NCBI GenBank assembly: GCA_958422985.1
Contig: CATZPY010000004.1
Coordinates: forward strand, 1-61,820
Length of the DNA stretch: 61,820 bases
Direction of reading: 5' to 3'
From: an uncultured Clostridium sp.
GTDB taxonomy: Bacteria > Bacillota > Clostridia > TANB77 > CAG-508
Position 1 is the stretch's first letter. Every line of letters starts with the position of its first letter. The position numbers and the translations under genes are program-made. A model generated the notes under the pieces. The model made no database searches. It worked only from the letters and a program-made list of their open reading frames with translations, and was not told where the DNA came from. This document shows positions 40,451 through 49,323 of this stretch, one piece after another.

Positions 40451-40791
40451 ATTTATCCTCCCATTTTTGTCCTTTCTTAATAGCTATACCTTTTTCTTAA
40501 GCTTTTGAAGACAGTTCTTGCACTATAAACTTTTCCATCTTTGTATTGTTTTTTTACTTTTTTCAAGTTTGTTTATAAATTCTTGTTTTAAGCATCGTTC
40601 CAAATTTATTTCTAACACATTATTTTTATTTTCTTCTTGCATATTAATCACAACCTTTTATATTTTTTATACTATAACACATTTTCCCATAAAATTGCTA
40701 TACTTTTTATTACAAAATTTATAATTCACCTTACAATAGATGGTTGTTTTTCTCACATACATATTTAGTCTAAACGTAAAAAAATAGACAG

Positions 40792-40811
40792 AGACGCCAA
40801 AATTTGGCGTC
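40792..40811 (-). terminator. Terminator of the AbrB-like gene
   Basis: GACGCCAAA-TT-TTGGCGTC, followed on the minus strand by TCTGTCTATTTTTTT. Confidence 0.65.
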
Positions 40812-40824
40812 CCTGCTTTCCCTC

Positions 40825-41145
40825 TTATTCAAGGTCTTGTTCTTTTTCAAAAATTACTCTTTCTCCTTCCAACCTCACGTTCACTGTAATGCTTGGTGTC
40901 ATATCCAGTATCTCTAAAAATTCAATTGGGACAGAAATCGTTCTGTTTCTATTCAACCTTCGAACAAATCCTATATAAGGCTTCTTTTCTGCTGGTTCAT
41001 TCCAATTGAATTTTTTCAAGATCAATTTACCATATTCAATTGTAAGCTCTACCTGCTGTTCCTCGAAGAATCCTAATTCTTTAAAGAATGGCATTGGAAT
41101 ACAAATTCGTCTGTCTGTTCCTACTTTGCATTTACATGTTGTCAT
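40825..41145 (-). CDS. Hypothetical protein with two AbrB/MazE/SpoVT-like swapped-hairpin segments (MraZ-like arrangement)
   Basis: 106 aa. Two similar segments: DRRICIPMPFFKELG and NRTISVPIEFLEILD. Its G+C is visibly higher than its surroundings. Confidence 0.5.
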   Translation of the reverse strand: MTTCKCKVGTDRRICIPMPFFKELGFFEEQQVELTIEYGKLILKKFNWNEPAEKKPYIGFVRRLNRNRTISVPIEFLEILDMTPSITVNVRLEGERVIFEKEQDLE

Positions 41146-41328
41146 AATTTTTTCCTCCTGTTAGAAAGTTTTTGAAAAATGTTAACGAGTTCTCATATTT
41201 ATTATAGCATTATTAACATAATTTTTCAATCATATTTCACTTTTTATAGGTCATATGTAGATTAGTCAATCATATACCACATTTTATTAATAAATAGCAT
41301 AAAAATACTTTTCTAAAAATTGATAAAA

Positions 41329-41370
41329 GAGAGCTAACTTTCGTACATAATACATTTAAGTTAGCTCCCT
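41329..41370 (-). terminator. dxr terminator
   Basis: GAGCTAACTT...AAGTTAGCTC stem, followed on the minus strand by TCTTTTATCAATTTTT. Confidence 0.65.
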
Positions 41371-41384
41371 TCTATTTTAGTTAC

Positions 41385-42515
41385 TTAATAATTTAAGCAC
41401 TCCATTTTTACTGTTTTATCTAATTCTAAAATTTCATCAACAGTATTAAGTTCTCTTACGATATGATTGGAAAGAGCCCAATCAATCATCTCTGGAATTT
41501 CTGTAAATCGAATTGCTCCATCTAAAAATGCTTGTACAGCAATTTCATCTGCAGCATTCAAAACAACCTGTGCACTATGCCCCATTTCGATTGCTTTGTA
41601 TGCTAATTGCAAGCATTTAAACTTGTATAAATCTGGTCTCTCAAATTTAAGTGTTCCAATTTCAAACAAGTCTAATGGTTCAATATTGTTTTTTAACCTC
41701 TTTGGATAGTCTAATGCAAATGCAATTGGAATCTGCATGTCTTTTGGCCCAATATTTGCCATAATTGTACCATCTTTAAACTGCACCATCGAATGCACTA
41801 AGCTTTGCCGTTGAATTACAACTTGTATTTTGGTTTCAGGTACGTCAAAAAGCCAATGCGCTTCTATAACTTCAAACCCTTTATTCATCATAGTTGCAGA
41901 ATCAATCGTAACCTTTTTTCCCATTTTCCACGTTGGATGGTTAAGTGCATCACTTGGTTTTATCTCATCTGTTAATTCTTTTTTAAAAAATGGTCCTCCA
42001 GATGCTGTAAGTAAAATTTTATCAATTTTATTATGTTCTTCTCCTCTTAAACATTGCATAATTGCACTATGTTCACTATCTACAGTACGAAGTTTTGTAT
42101 TGTATTTTTTAGCCCTATCCATAATTATTTTGCCACCTGTAACAAGTACCTCTTTATTTGCAAGCGCTACTTCTTTACAGTGTTTTAACATATTATATGT
42201 GGGCTTTAATCCAGCAATACCTACAAGAGCTGACACTGCAATATCTGCATCTTCAAGCTTAGAAATTAAGTCCATTCCTCTTTCACCTGTATAAATATCA
42301 ATGTTAGGAAACAAATTCTTTACTTTCTCTTTGTTCCTTTCATCTAAAATATACACATGCCTTGGCTTAAATTCTCTTATCTGCTCAATTAGCAGATCTA
42401 CATTCTTGCCAGCTACAAGTGTAACTGCAGAAAAGCGTTCCGGATTTTCTCTAATTATCCGAAGTGTAGTTGTTCCAATACTTCCTGTTGAACCAAAAAT
42501 AGCAACTCTTTTCAT
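41385..42515 (-). CDS. dxr: 1-deoxy-D-xylulose-5-phosphate reductoisomerase
   Basis: 376 aa. FGSTGSIGT NADPH motif, VDSEHSA, and LTASGGPF. It stands alone, outside the usual uppS-cdsA-dxr-rseP context. Confidence 0.93.
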   Translation of the reverse strand: MKRVAIFGSTGSIGTTTLRIIRENPERFSAVTLVAGKNVDLLIEQIREFKPRHVYILDERNKEKVKNLFPNIDIYTGERGMDLISKLEDADIAVSALVGIAGLKPTYNMLKHCKEVALANKEVLVTGGKIIMDRAKKYNTKLRTVDSEHSAIMQCLRGEEHNKIDKILLTASGGPFFKKELTDEIKPSDALNHPTWKMGKKVTIDSATMMNKGFEVIEAHWLFDVPETKIQVVIQRQSLVHSMVQFKDGTIMANIGPKDMQIPIAFALDYPKRLKNNIEPLDLFEIGTLKFERPDLYKFKCLQLAYKAIEMGHSAQVVLNAADEIAVQAFLDGAIRFTEIPEMIDWALSNHIVRELNTVDEILELDKTVKMECLNY

Positions 42516-42603
42516 ATTAAATTCCTCCTTTTTCCTAAATTGCTACTATTTTAATATACTCTCTTTTTTATTTTTTGTCAAAATACATTTCTCCATAATT
42601 AGA

Positions 42604-43173
42604 TTATCCAATATCTTTCCTTAGACTTTCTAATGCTATTTTTCTACTACTAATATTATTTTTTTCGTCCTCTTCTAACTCCGCTAATGTTCTTCCATCT
42701 TCTAATTCAAATATTTCGTCAAATCCAAAGCCATTACTTCCTCTTGGCTTTTCTGCTATATATCCATTTAATATTCCTTTATATAGTTTTTCATTGCCTT
42801 TTTCATCTACATATGCAATACATGTTATAAACTTAACCTTTCTATTATCCTTTTTGGCACCTTTTAATTCATTTATTAAATACTTATTTCTTTCCTCTTG
42901 TGTTGCTTCTTCTCCTAAAAATCGTGCTGTTTTTACTCCAGGAAAATCATTTAACATTTCTATACATATTCCGCTATCATCTGCAATACTCGCTTTTTTA
43001 GTTAATTTATGAATTTCTCTAGCTTTTTTTAATGCATTTTCTTCGAATGTCTCGCCATCTTCTTCTATCTCTATATTTATATTCATTTCTTCTAAAGTTT
43101 TTATTTCTTCGCTTTTTAATATTTCTTTAATCTCTTTTACTTTTCCTTTGTTATTAGTTGCTAAAACAATCAT
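42604..43173 (-). CDS. rdgB: Non-canonical purine NTP pyrophosphatase (RdgB/HAM1)
   Basis: 189 aa. ATNNKGKVKE, ADDSGICIE and GFGFD motifs. Confidence 0.88.
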   Translation of the reverse strand: MIVLATNNKGKVKEIKEILKSEEIKTLEEMNINIEIEEDGETFEENALKKAREIHKLTKKASIADDSGICIEMLNDFPGVKTARFLGEEATQEERNKYLINELKGAKKDNRKVKFITCIAYVDEKGNEKLYKGILNGYIAEKPRGSNGFGFDEIFELEDGRTLAELEEDEKNNISSRKIALESLRKDIG

Positions 43174-43201
43174 CTCTTTCTTCTCCTTTATACCATTATA
43201 A

Positions 43202-43666
43202 TTAAATTTCTAAATAATCATTTCCGCAACTTTTTATAAATTTAATTAAATCTGCATACTCTATTCCTATAGTAGCAGTATTCCTATTGGGATGAATTAA
43301 TATTTTATTATTTTTTAATGCTTTATCTATTACTACTGTTACATTTTGCTCTTTATCATTTATTATTCCAAGTGGAGTTACTGAACCTGGTATTAAATTT
43401 AAATTTGTCTGTAAATCATTTTCATTTGCAAAAGATAGTCTTTTACTATTTATTTTTTCTGGCAATAGTTTTAAATCAGCTCTCTTATCTTCTGGTAAAG
43501 TGTATAAAAACAATTTTTTCTTAGCATCTTTTAAAAATAGATTCTTACACCCTATACCATCCATTTTTAAGAAAACTTCTTTTAAATCTTCCACTGTATA
43601 TACAGATTCATGTTCCTGTATTTCATATTTTATTCCTAATTCGTCTAATTTCTCTAATATATCCAT
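43202..43666 (-). CDS. YbaK/ProX-type aminoacyl-tRNA trans-editing domain protein
   Basis: 154 aa. CKNLFLKD...GSVTPLG pattern of the YbaK/EbsC family. Confidence 0.75.
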   Translation of the reverse strand: MDILEKLDELGIKYEIQEHESVYTVEDLKEVFLKMDGIGCKNLFLKDAKKKLFLYTLPEDKRADLKLLPEKINSKRLSFANENDLQTNLNLIPGSVTPLGIINDKEQNVTVVIDKALKNNKILIHPNRNTATIGIEYADLIKFIKSCGNDYLEI

Positions 43667-43696
43667 AATCCAGTCATTCCTTTCTTAATAAATCTT

Positions 43697-43718
43697 TTTT
43701 TAAGGACCGCCCCAATCC
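43697..43718. repeat. Copy C (5'-truncated) of the GC-rich hairpin repeat
   Basis: TTTTAAGGACCGCCCCAATCC. The left GGGA arm is missing. Confidence 0.5.
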
Positions 43719-43726
43719 TCCGATAG

Positions 43727-44233
43727 CTATATCTCTTTTACATCATCTTCTATTAAATAGCACATTTCTTCGTGTATTTGTACCCCTTCACTTATTTTAT
43801 TTACATCTAACTTTATATATTTTATAGTTCCATTTGCAAGAACATTTCCTTCCAAATCTAATATTTGCGAATCCACCACAAAAAATTTACTATTTTCTTT
43901 TATAACCATACCTTTCCCTATAATTTCTACATTATATGGCACAGGTTTTCTATATTTAGTATCTAATGAAAGTGTAACTCCGAAACTGTCTTCATTTCCT
44001 TCTTTTGCCCATAAAGCGCGTAATCCCATTTCATCTAGCATTGCAGTAATTAGTCCTCCATGCACTCTCCCTGGATAGCTTTGGTGCTCTTCTCTATATT
44101 TAAATTTTGTCATTACACTTCCATCTTCCATATTATAAAATTGTGCTTTTAAACCATATTTATTATCCATACCACATATTGCACACATTCTACTATTTCT
44201 TTGTTTATTTATTACTTTCATTTTGTTCTCCAA
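43727..44233 (-). CDS. PaaI-family hot-dog thioesterase with an N-terminal CxxC element
   Basis: 168 aa. The HGG(L)ITAMLDE motif is characteristic of PaaI/YbgC-type thioesterases. Confidence 0.72.
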   Translation of the reverse strand: MENKMKVINKQRNSRMCAICGMDNKYGLKAQFYNMEDGSVMTKFKYREEHQSYPGRVHGGLITAMLDEMGLRALWAKEGNEDSFGVTLSLDTKYRKPVPYNVEIIGKGMVIKENSKFFVVDSQILDLEGNVLANGTIKYIKLDVNKISEGVQIHEEMCYLIEDDVKEI

Positions 44234-44330
44234 TCTTTATATTTACATTATTTCTTTTGATATAAATTTAAAATAAATATTCTACTTTTTTCTATATTAA
44301 TTCATATTAAATCTAATTTTTATATAAAAA

Positions 44331-44358
44331 GGGATTTTAAGGTCCGTCCCCAAATCCC
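44331..44358. repeat. Copy D of the GC-rich hairpin repeat; probable bidirectional terminator
   Basis: AAAAA-GGGATTTTAAGGTCCGTCCCCAAATCCC-TTTT. Confidence 0.7.
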
Positions 44359-44433
44359 TTTTCTAACAAAATATTTTGGTGGCGTTTAACACGCCACCTT
44401 TTGCAACAAATAAGGTCTGTTTACTATAACTTC

Positions 44434-44967
44434 TTACAAGAAATAGATTTTGTCTATCCCTTTAAAAAGGTTCCTGCTCGCCAATTGTTCAGCAAGTTCA
44501 CGATCTTTTTTTAGCTCCACCTTAGAAACAATTAATATTGTTTCCATCGCCATATTTTTTTCCATTGCCATCTCGAGAAAACCTAGTCTAGAGTCTAAAC
44601 TCTTAAAATTTTTCTCTACAACTGCAGTTCCTTTTTTTAATGCATTTTGAACTCTTTTGCTAAATTCTGTATTCAGTTTTCTTTGGAATTCAGTCCAAGA
44701 CTCTATAGCTTCATCTTCTTGGATTTCACTTGCAATCTCCGAAAATGTTATTTTCCTAACATTTTCTTTTCTTATAAATCTTTTTAGTTTTTTGTTTTCA
44801 GACAAGCCTATTAGTAATATTAAAGTCCGTTTTTTATCTAGTTTTTTAAATTTCGGACTTCTTTTACAGATTTTACCTTCTTTTGCTGCAACTGGATACA
44901 TTTCCGCATCCTCATTTTGAGTGAATTTGGTGTTTTCCATCTTTTTACCTCCTTGAAATATCTTCAA
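44434..44967 (-). CDS. Hypothetical protein; family not recognised
   Basis: 177 aa. The start may be the internal ATG (MENTKFTQ...) after GGAGGTAAAAAG. It contains one in-frame CGG (AAA CGG ACT). Its composition is less AT-rich than its neighbours. Confidence 0.45.
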   Translation of the reverse strand: MKIFQGGKKMENTKFTQNEDAEMYPVAAKEGKICKRSPKFKKLDKKRTLILLIGLSENKKLKRFIRKENVRKITFSEIASEIQEDEAIESWTEFQRKLNTEFSKRVQNALKKGTAVVEKNFKSLDSRLGFLEMAMEKNMAMETILIVSKVELKKDRELAEQLASRNLFKGIDKIYFL

Positions 44968-45037
44968 CTATAATTATACCATTTTTACTCTAACTGCTCA
45001 ACAAATGGATAAAAAGATTCCCATTATATTTTTTTGC

Positions 45038-45724
45038 TTAACTTCTTATTATATCTTTTACAACTTCTCCTGCTATAATCAATCCTGCAACAGAAGGCAC
45101 AAAAGATATGCTTGCTGGTGTTTTATAATCTCCATCTTTTAATTTTACTGGTTCTTCTTGCGAATATACTACTTTTAATTTTTCTATTCCTCTTGCTCTT
45201 AATTCTTTTCTCATTACTTTTGCTAATGGACATACTGAAGTTTTATAAATATCTACTACTTCAAATTTTGTAGGATCTAATTTATTACCTGTTCCCATTG
45301 CAGAAATTATTGGTATATTAAGTTTATTTGCATTACAAACCAATTCTATTTTACCTGTTACTGTATCTATTGCATCAACTATATAGTCTATAGAATTATC
45401 TAACAAATTACTTCCTGGTAAATAAAACTCCTTAGATGTTTCTACATTTGCTTTTGGATTTATTTCTAAAATTCTTTCTTTCATAATATCTACTTTATTT
45501 TTTCCAACTGTGTTTATATTAGCATGTATTTGTCTATTTATATTTGTAATATCTATTGTATCATTATCTACTAATAAAAAATTTTCTATTCCCGCTCTTA
45601 CTAATCCCTCTACAACAAAAGAACCTACACCACCAATTCCAAAAATTGCAACTTTTGTTTTTGATAGTTTTTCTAAATTTTCTTTTCCTATTAGTCTTTC
45701 TTCTCTACTAAATTGTTCGTTCAT
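45038..45724 (-). CDS. tcdA: tRNA threonylcarbamoyladenosine dehydratase (ThiF/E1-like)
   Basis: 228 aa. VAIFGIGGVGS nucleotide-binding loop and DNDTIDITNINRQ motif. Confidence 0.85.
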   Translation of the reverse strand: MNEQFSREERLIGKENLEKLSKTKVAIFGIGGVGSFVVEGLVRAGIENFLLVDNDTIDITNINRQIHANINTVGKNKVDIMKERILEINPKANVETSKEFYLPGSNLLDNSIDYIVDAIDTVTGKIELVCNANKLNIPIISAMGTGNKLDPTKFEVVDIYKTSVCPLAKVMRKELRARGIEKLKVVYSQEEPVKLKDGDYKTPASISFVPSVAGLIIAGEVVKDIIRS

Positions 45725-45760
45725 AGTTTCTCCTTATTACTATGTATAAAACTTTTTCGT

Positions 45761-48373
45761 TTACCTCATTTTTTCCTTTATTTTCATTAATGTATTTAAA
45801 GCATCTATTGGTGTTAATGTATTTAGGTCTATTTTATCTATTTCTTGTGCTATTTCTGCTAATTTATAATTGTATAAGTCTAACTGACCTGCTTGTACTT
45901 GTTTGTTTTCTTTTTCTAGTTTTTTATTTCCTAAAATACTCTTTCTTTCTAAACTTCTTAAAATTTCATTTGCTCTTTTTAATACATCTTTTGGAACTCC
46001 TGCTAAACGTGCTACATGAACACCATAGCTTTCATCTGTTCCTCCTCTTACAATTTTTCTTAAAAAGATTACATCTTCTCCTTTTTCTTTAACAGCTATT
46101 GAATAGTTTCTTACTCCATCTAATTTGTCTTCTAATTCTATAAGTTCATGGTAGTGCGTTGCAAACAATGTTTTAGCACCACATTTTGTTTTATCTGCTA
46201 TATATTCAGCAACAGCCCATGCTATAGAAAGTCCATCATATGTTGATGTTCCTCTTCCTATTTCATCTAAAATTACTAAACTATTTTTAGTTGCTTCTTT
46301 TAAAATATCTGCAACTTCCATCATTTCTACCATAAAAGTACTTTGCCCCATACTTAAATCGTCTGATGCTCCAACTCTTGTAAATATTTTATCTACAATA
46401 CCTATATGTGCTTCTGTTGCTGGGACAAAACTTCCTATTTGAGCCATTAATGTTATTAATGCAACTTGCCTCATATATGTAGACTTACCAGCCATATTAG
46501 GTCCAGTTATAATAGATAATCTATTTTCTTCGCCATCCATATATGTGTCATTATCTATAAAACTTCCCATTGGAAGCATTTTTTCTATTACCGGATGTCT
46601 TCCTTCTTTTATTTCTATTTTTCCATTATTATCTACTATTGGCATACAATAATTCATATCTTCTGCTACAGTTGCAAATGAGGCTAAAACATCTAATGTT
46701 GCAATAATCATTGCAGAAGTTTGAAGTCTTTTTACATTTTTGGCAATTTCTTGTCTTATCTTTGTAAAAGCTTCATATTCTAAGTTTATAACTTTATCTT
46801 CTGCTCCTAAAATTTGGTTTTCTAATTCCTTTAGTTCTTCAGTTATATATCTTTCGCAATTTGTTAGTGTTTGTTTTCTTATATATCTATCTGGTACTTG
46901 GCTAAAGTTTGACTTTGTTACTTCTATATAGTATCCAAAAACCTTATTAAATCCAACTTTTAAGTTTTTTATTCCTGTTTTTTCTTTTTCTGTTGCTTCT
47001 AATTGAATTAACCAATTCTTTCCTTCTGTAGTCGCTTTTTTTAATTTATCTATTTCTTCATCATATCCAATTTTTATTAATCCACCTTCTTTTACCGACA
47101 TTGGTGGATCTTCTATTATAGAATTTTCTATTAATTCATAAATGTCTTTAAGCTCGTCTAAATTATTGTATAATTCTTGTAACATATTAGAATTAGTATT
47201 TTTTAATACTTCCTTTACTTCTGGTAATTTTGATAATGAATTTTTTAAAGATATCATATCTCTACCGTTTGCATTTCCATACGATATTTTACCTGCTAAT
47301 CTTTCTATATCATATACTTTTTTCAAATTTTCTATTATGTCACCTTTTAGTATTACATTTTCCTTTAATTCTTTAACTGCATTTAATCTTTTATTAATTT
47401 CATTAACTTCTATTAAAGGATCATTTATCCACCTTCTTAAATGCCTTCCTCCCATTGATGTTGATGTCTTATCTAAAACCCATAAAAGCGTACCTTTTTT
47501 ACTTTTATCCCTCATTTTCTCTGTTAGTTCTAAGTTTCTTCTAGCGTTAATATCTAATGACATATATCTAGTTGTATTATAAATTATAATTTTATTAATA
47601 TGTTCTAAGCTAGTTTTTTGTGTTTGTTTTAAATATTCTACTAATGCATTTATACTTGCAACAGAAAAAAGTCTTTTGTCTATATCTTTTATATTATTAT
47701 TATTTGTATCTACCAAATTATAATTTTCTACAATAGAATTTATATCTTCTGAAAAAAATTTATCATTAAATCTAGTAAAATATATTTCAAATCTTTCCTT
47801 TATTTTATTTATTTCTTCTGTACTATCATACATCATACTATTTACTACTAATTCTGCTGGTGAATATCTAGCTATTTCGTCTAATACCAAAGGGAAATTG
47901 TTATTTTCCTTTATCTCTGTACTATAAAAATCACCTGTAGTTACATCACATACAGATATACCATAGTAAATTCCTTTTTTTACTATAGACATTATATAGT
48001 TATTTTTCTTTTCTTCTAGCATATTAGACTCTATTACTGTACCAGGTGTTACAACACGAATTACACCCCTTTTTACTATTCCTTTTGCAGTTTTAGGATC
48101 TTCTAGTTGTTCACAAATTGCAACTTTATAACCTTTTGCTATTAACTTTGATATATAGAGCTCTGCTGCATGGTGTGGCACTCCACACATTGGTGCTCTT
48201 TCTGCTTGTCCACAATCTTTACCAGTTAAAGTTAATTCTAGTTCTCTAGATACAGTTATTGCATCTTCAAAAAACATTTCATAAAAGTCACCTAATCTGT
48301 AAAAAAGTATACAATCTTTATATTCTTCTTTTGTTTCGAGATATCTTTGCATCATTGGTGAATATTCTGCCAT
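45761..48373 (-). CDS. mutS: DNA mismatch repair protein MutS
   Basis: 870 aa. N-terminal PMMQRYLETKEEY...FYRLGDFYEMF, Walker A GPNMAGKST, and DEIGRGTSTYDG. Confidence 0.96.
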   Translation of the reverse strand: MAEYSPMMQRYLETKEEYKDCILFYRLGDFYEMFFEDAITVSRELELTLTGKDCGQAERAPMCGVPHHAAELYISKLIAKGYKVAICEQLEDPKTAKGIVKRGVIRVVTPGTVIESNMLEEKKNNYIMSIVKKGIYYGISVCDVTTGDFYSTEIKENNNFPLVLDEIARYSPAELVVNSMMYDSTEEINKIKERFEIYFTRFNDKFFSEDINSIVENYNLVDTNNNNIKDIDKRLFSVASINALVEYLKQTQKTSLEHINKIIIYNTTRYMSLDINARRNLELTEKMRDKSKKGTLLWVLDKTSTSMGGRHLRRWINDPLIEVNEINKRLNAVKELKENVILKGDIIENLKKVYDIERLAGKISYGNANGRDMISLKNSLSKLPEVKEVLKNTNSNMLQELYNNLDELKDIYELIENSIIEDPPMSVKEGGLIKIGYDEEIDKLKKATTEGKNWLIQLEATEKEKTGIKNLKVGFNKVFGYYIEVTKSNFSQVPDRYIRKQTLTNCERYITEELKELENQILGAEDKVINLEYEAFTKIRQEIAKNVKRLQTSAMIIATLDVLASFATVAEDMNYCMPIVDNNGKIEIKEGRHPVIEKMLPMGSFIDNDTYMDGEENRLSIITGPNMAGKSTYMRQVALITLMAQIGSFVPATEAHIGIVDKIFTRVGASDDLSMGQSTFMVEMMEVADILKEATKNSLVILDEIGRGTSTYDGLSIAWAVAEYIADKTKCGAKTLFATHYHELIELEDKLDGVRNYSIAVKEKGEDVIFLRKIVRGGTDESYGVHVARLAGVPKDVLKRANEILRSLERKSILGNKKLEKENKQVQAGQLDLYNYKLAEIAQEIDKIDLNTLTPIDALNTLMKIKEKMR

Positions 48374-48411
48374 TATATATTCCTTACCTTTCTAATTTTA
48401 TCGTTGCTTCT

Positions 48412-49314
48412 TTATTTTCTTTCATCATCGCTGTCTTGCTTTTCTGTTAGTTTTTCATATCCTTCTACGGTTTTTCCTGCTCTTCTTATTGTACTAACAG
48501 AAACACCTAATTTCTTGGCTGCTTCTTGTTGACTTAGTTTTGTATTTTCTACATCTTTTAATAATTTTTTCGCTTTTTCATATCTTATTTGTGCTTCTGT
48601 TTTTGGATTTCCAATAATAACTTCTTGAGTTCCAAATGTTCTTAAAGTTAATTCTATTAATCCTCTTTCAAATTCTGAAAATAATTTTTCACATTTTTTC
48701 TTACTATTACCTTTGTATATTTGTCTGTTAGATAATTCTTTAGCAATAAAATAAATTTCTTCATATTTCTCATTATTTTCTAGCTTTGCAAGTTCTCTAC
48801 TTACTGTTCTTTTTGGAATATTATACATTTCTGCCATCTCTGTTTGGCTTGATTCATGTCTTATCATTTCTATAAATAAGGCTTTAAAATTTATATGTGA
48901 ATAATTTCCAGACTTATTTGCTTCATAGCTTATATATCTTTGTTTTAATTTTATATTGTTTGAAGCATTTATATATTCTACCATTCTTTCTTTAAAAGTT
49001 AAAGGATCTATATTTTCATTTGTTTCTTTAATAAACTGTTCTCTCGCTTTTGTCATGGTTTTAATCTCTCCACTTAAGAAATCTTTTACTATACTTTCAA
49101 ATTTATCTTCTTCTATTTCTTTTTTTTGCAATCTACTTTTATTTTCAACTAGAATTCTTTCTAGTTTTTTCATGTTTTCGCTTCCTTCTGGAAAAATTTG
49201 CTTACACATTTCTACAAATGTATTTCTATTTATTCCATATATTTTTTCACATTCGCGTATTGACTTTCCTTCTATAACTTCTTTAAACATCTTTTCGAAT
49301 TTTGAAACATCCAT
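48412..49314 (-). CDS. Hypothetical protein with three helix-turn-helix-like segments
   Basis: 300 aa. Three HTH-like segments: SIRECEKIYGINRNTFVEM, SQTEMAEMYNIPKRTVSREL and SQQEAAKKLGVSVSTIRRA. It lies 9 nt downstream of miaB. Confidence 0.55.
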   Translation of the reverse strand: MDVSKFEKMFKEVIEGKSIRECEKIYGINRNTFVEMCKQIFPEGSENMKKLERILVENKSRLQKKEIEEDKFESIVKDFLSGEIKTMTKAREQFIKETNENIDPLTFKERMVEYINASNNIKLKQRYISYEANKSGNYSHINFKALFIEMIRHESSQTEMAEMYNIPKRTVSRELAKLENNEKYEEIYFIAKELSNRQIYKGNSKKKCEKLFSEFERGLIELTLRTFGTQEVIIGNPKTEAQIRYEKAKKLLKDVENTKLSQQEAAKKLGVSVSTIRRAGKTVEGYEKLTEKQDSDDERK

Positions 49315-49323
49315 AAAAACCTC

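Noticed and set aside
40523-40642. 39-aa minus-strand ORF (MQEENKNNVLEINLERCLKQEFINKLEKSKKTIQRWKSL) in the gap between the MBL hydrolase and the AbrB-like gene.
   Set aside because: The RBS is weak (AAAAGG), no family signature is present (I checked for a Spo0E-like SQELD motif and found none), and such ORFs arise easily in AT-rich spacers. It is too uncertain to list as a feature.
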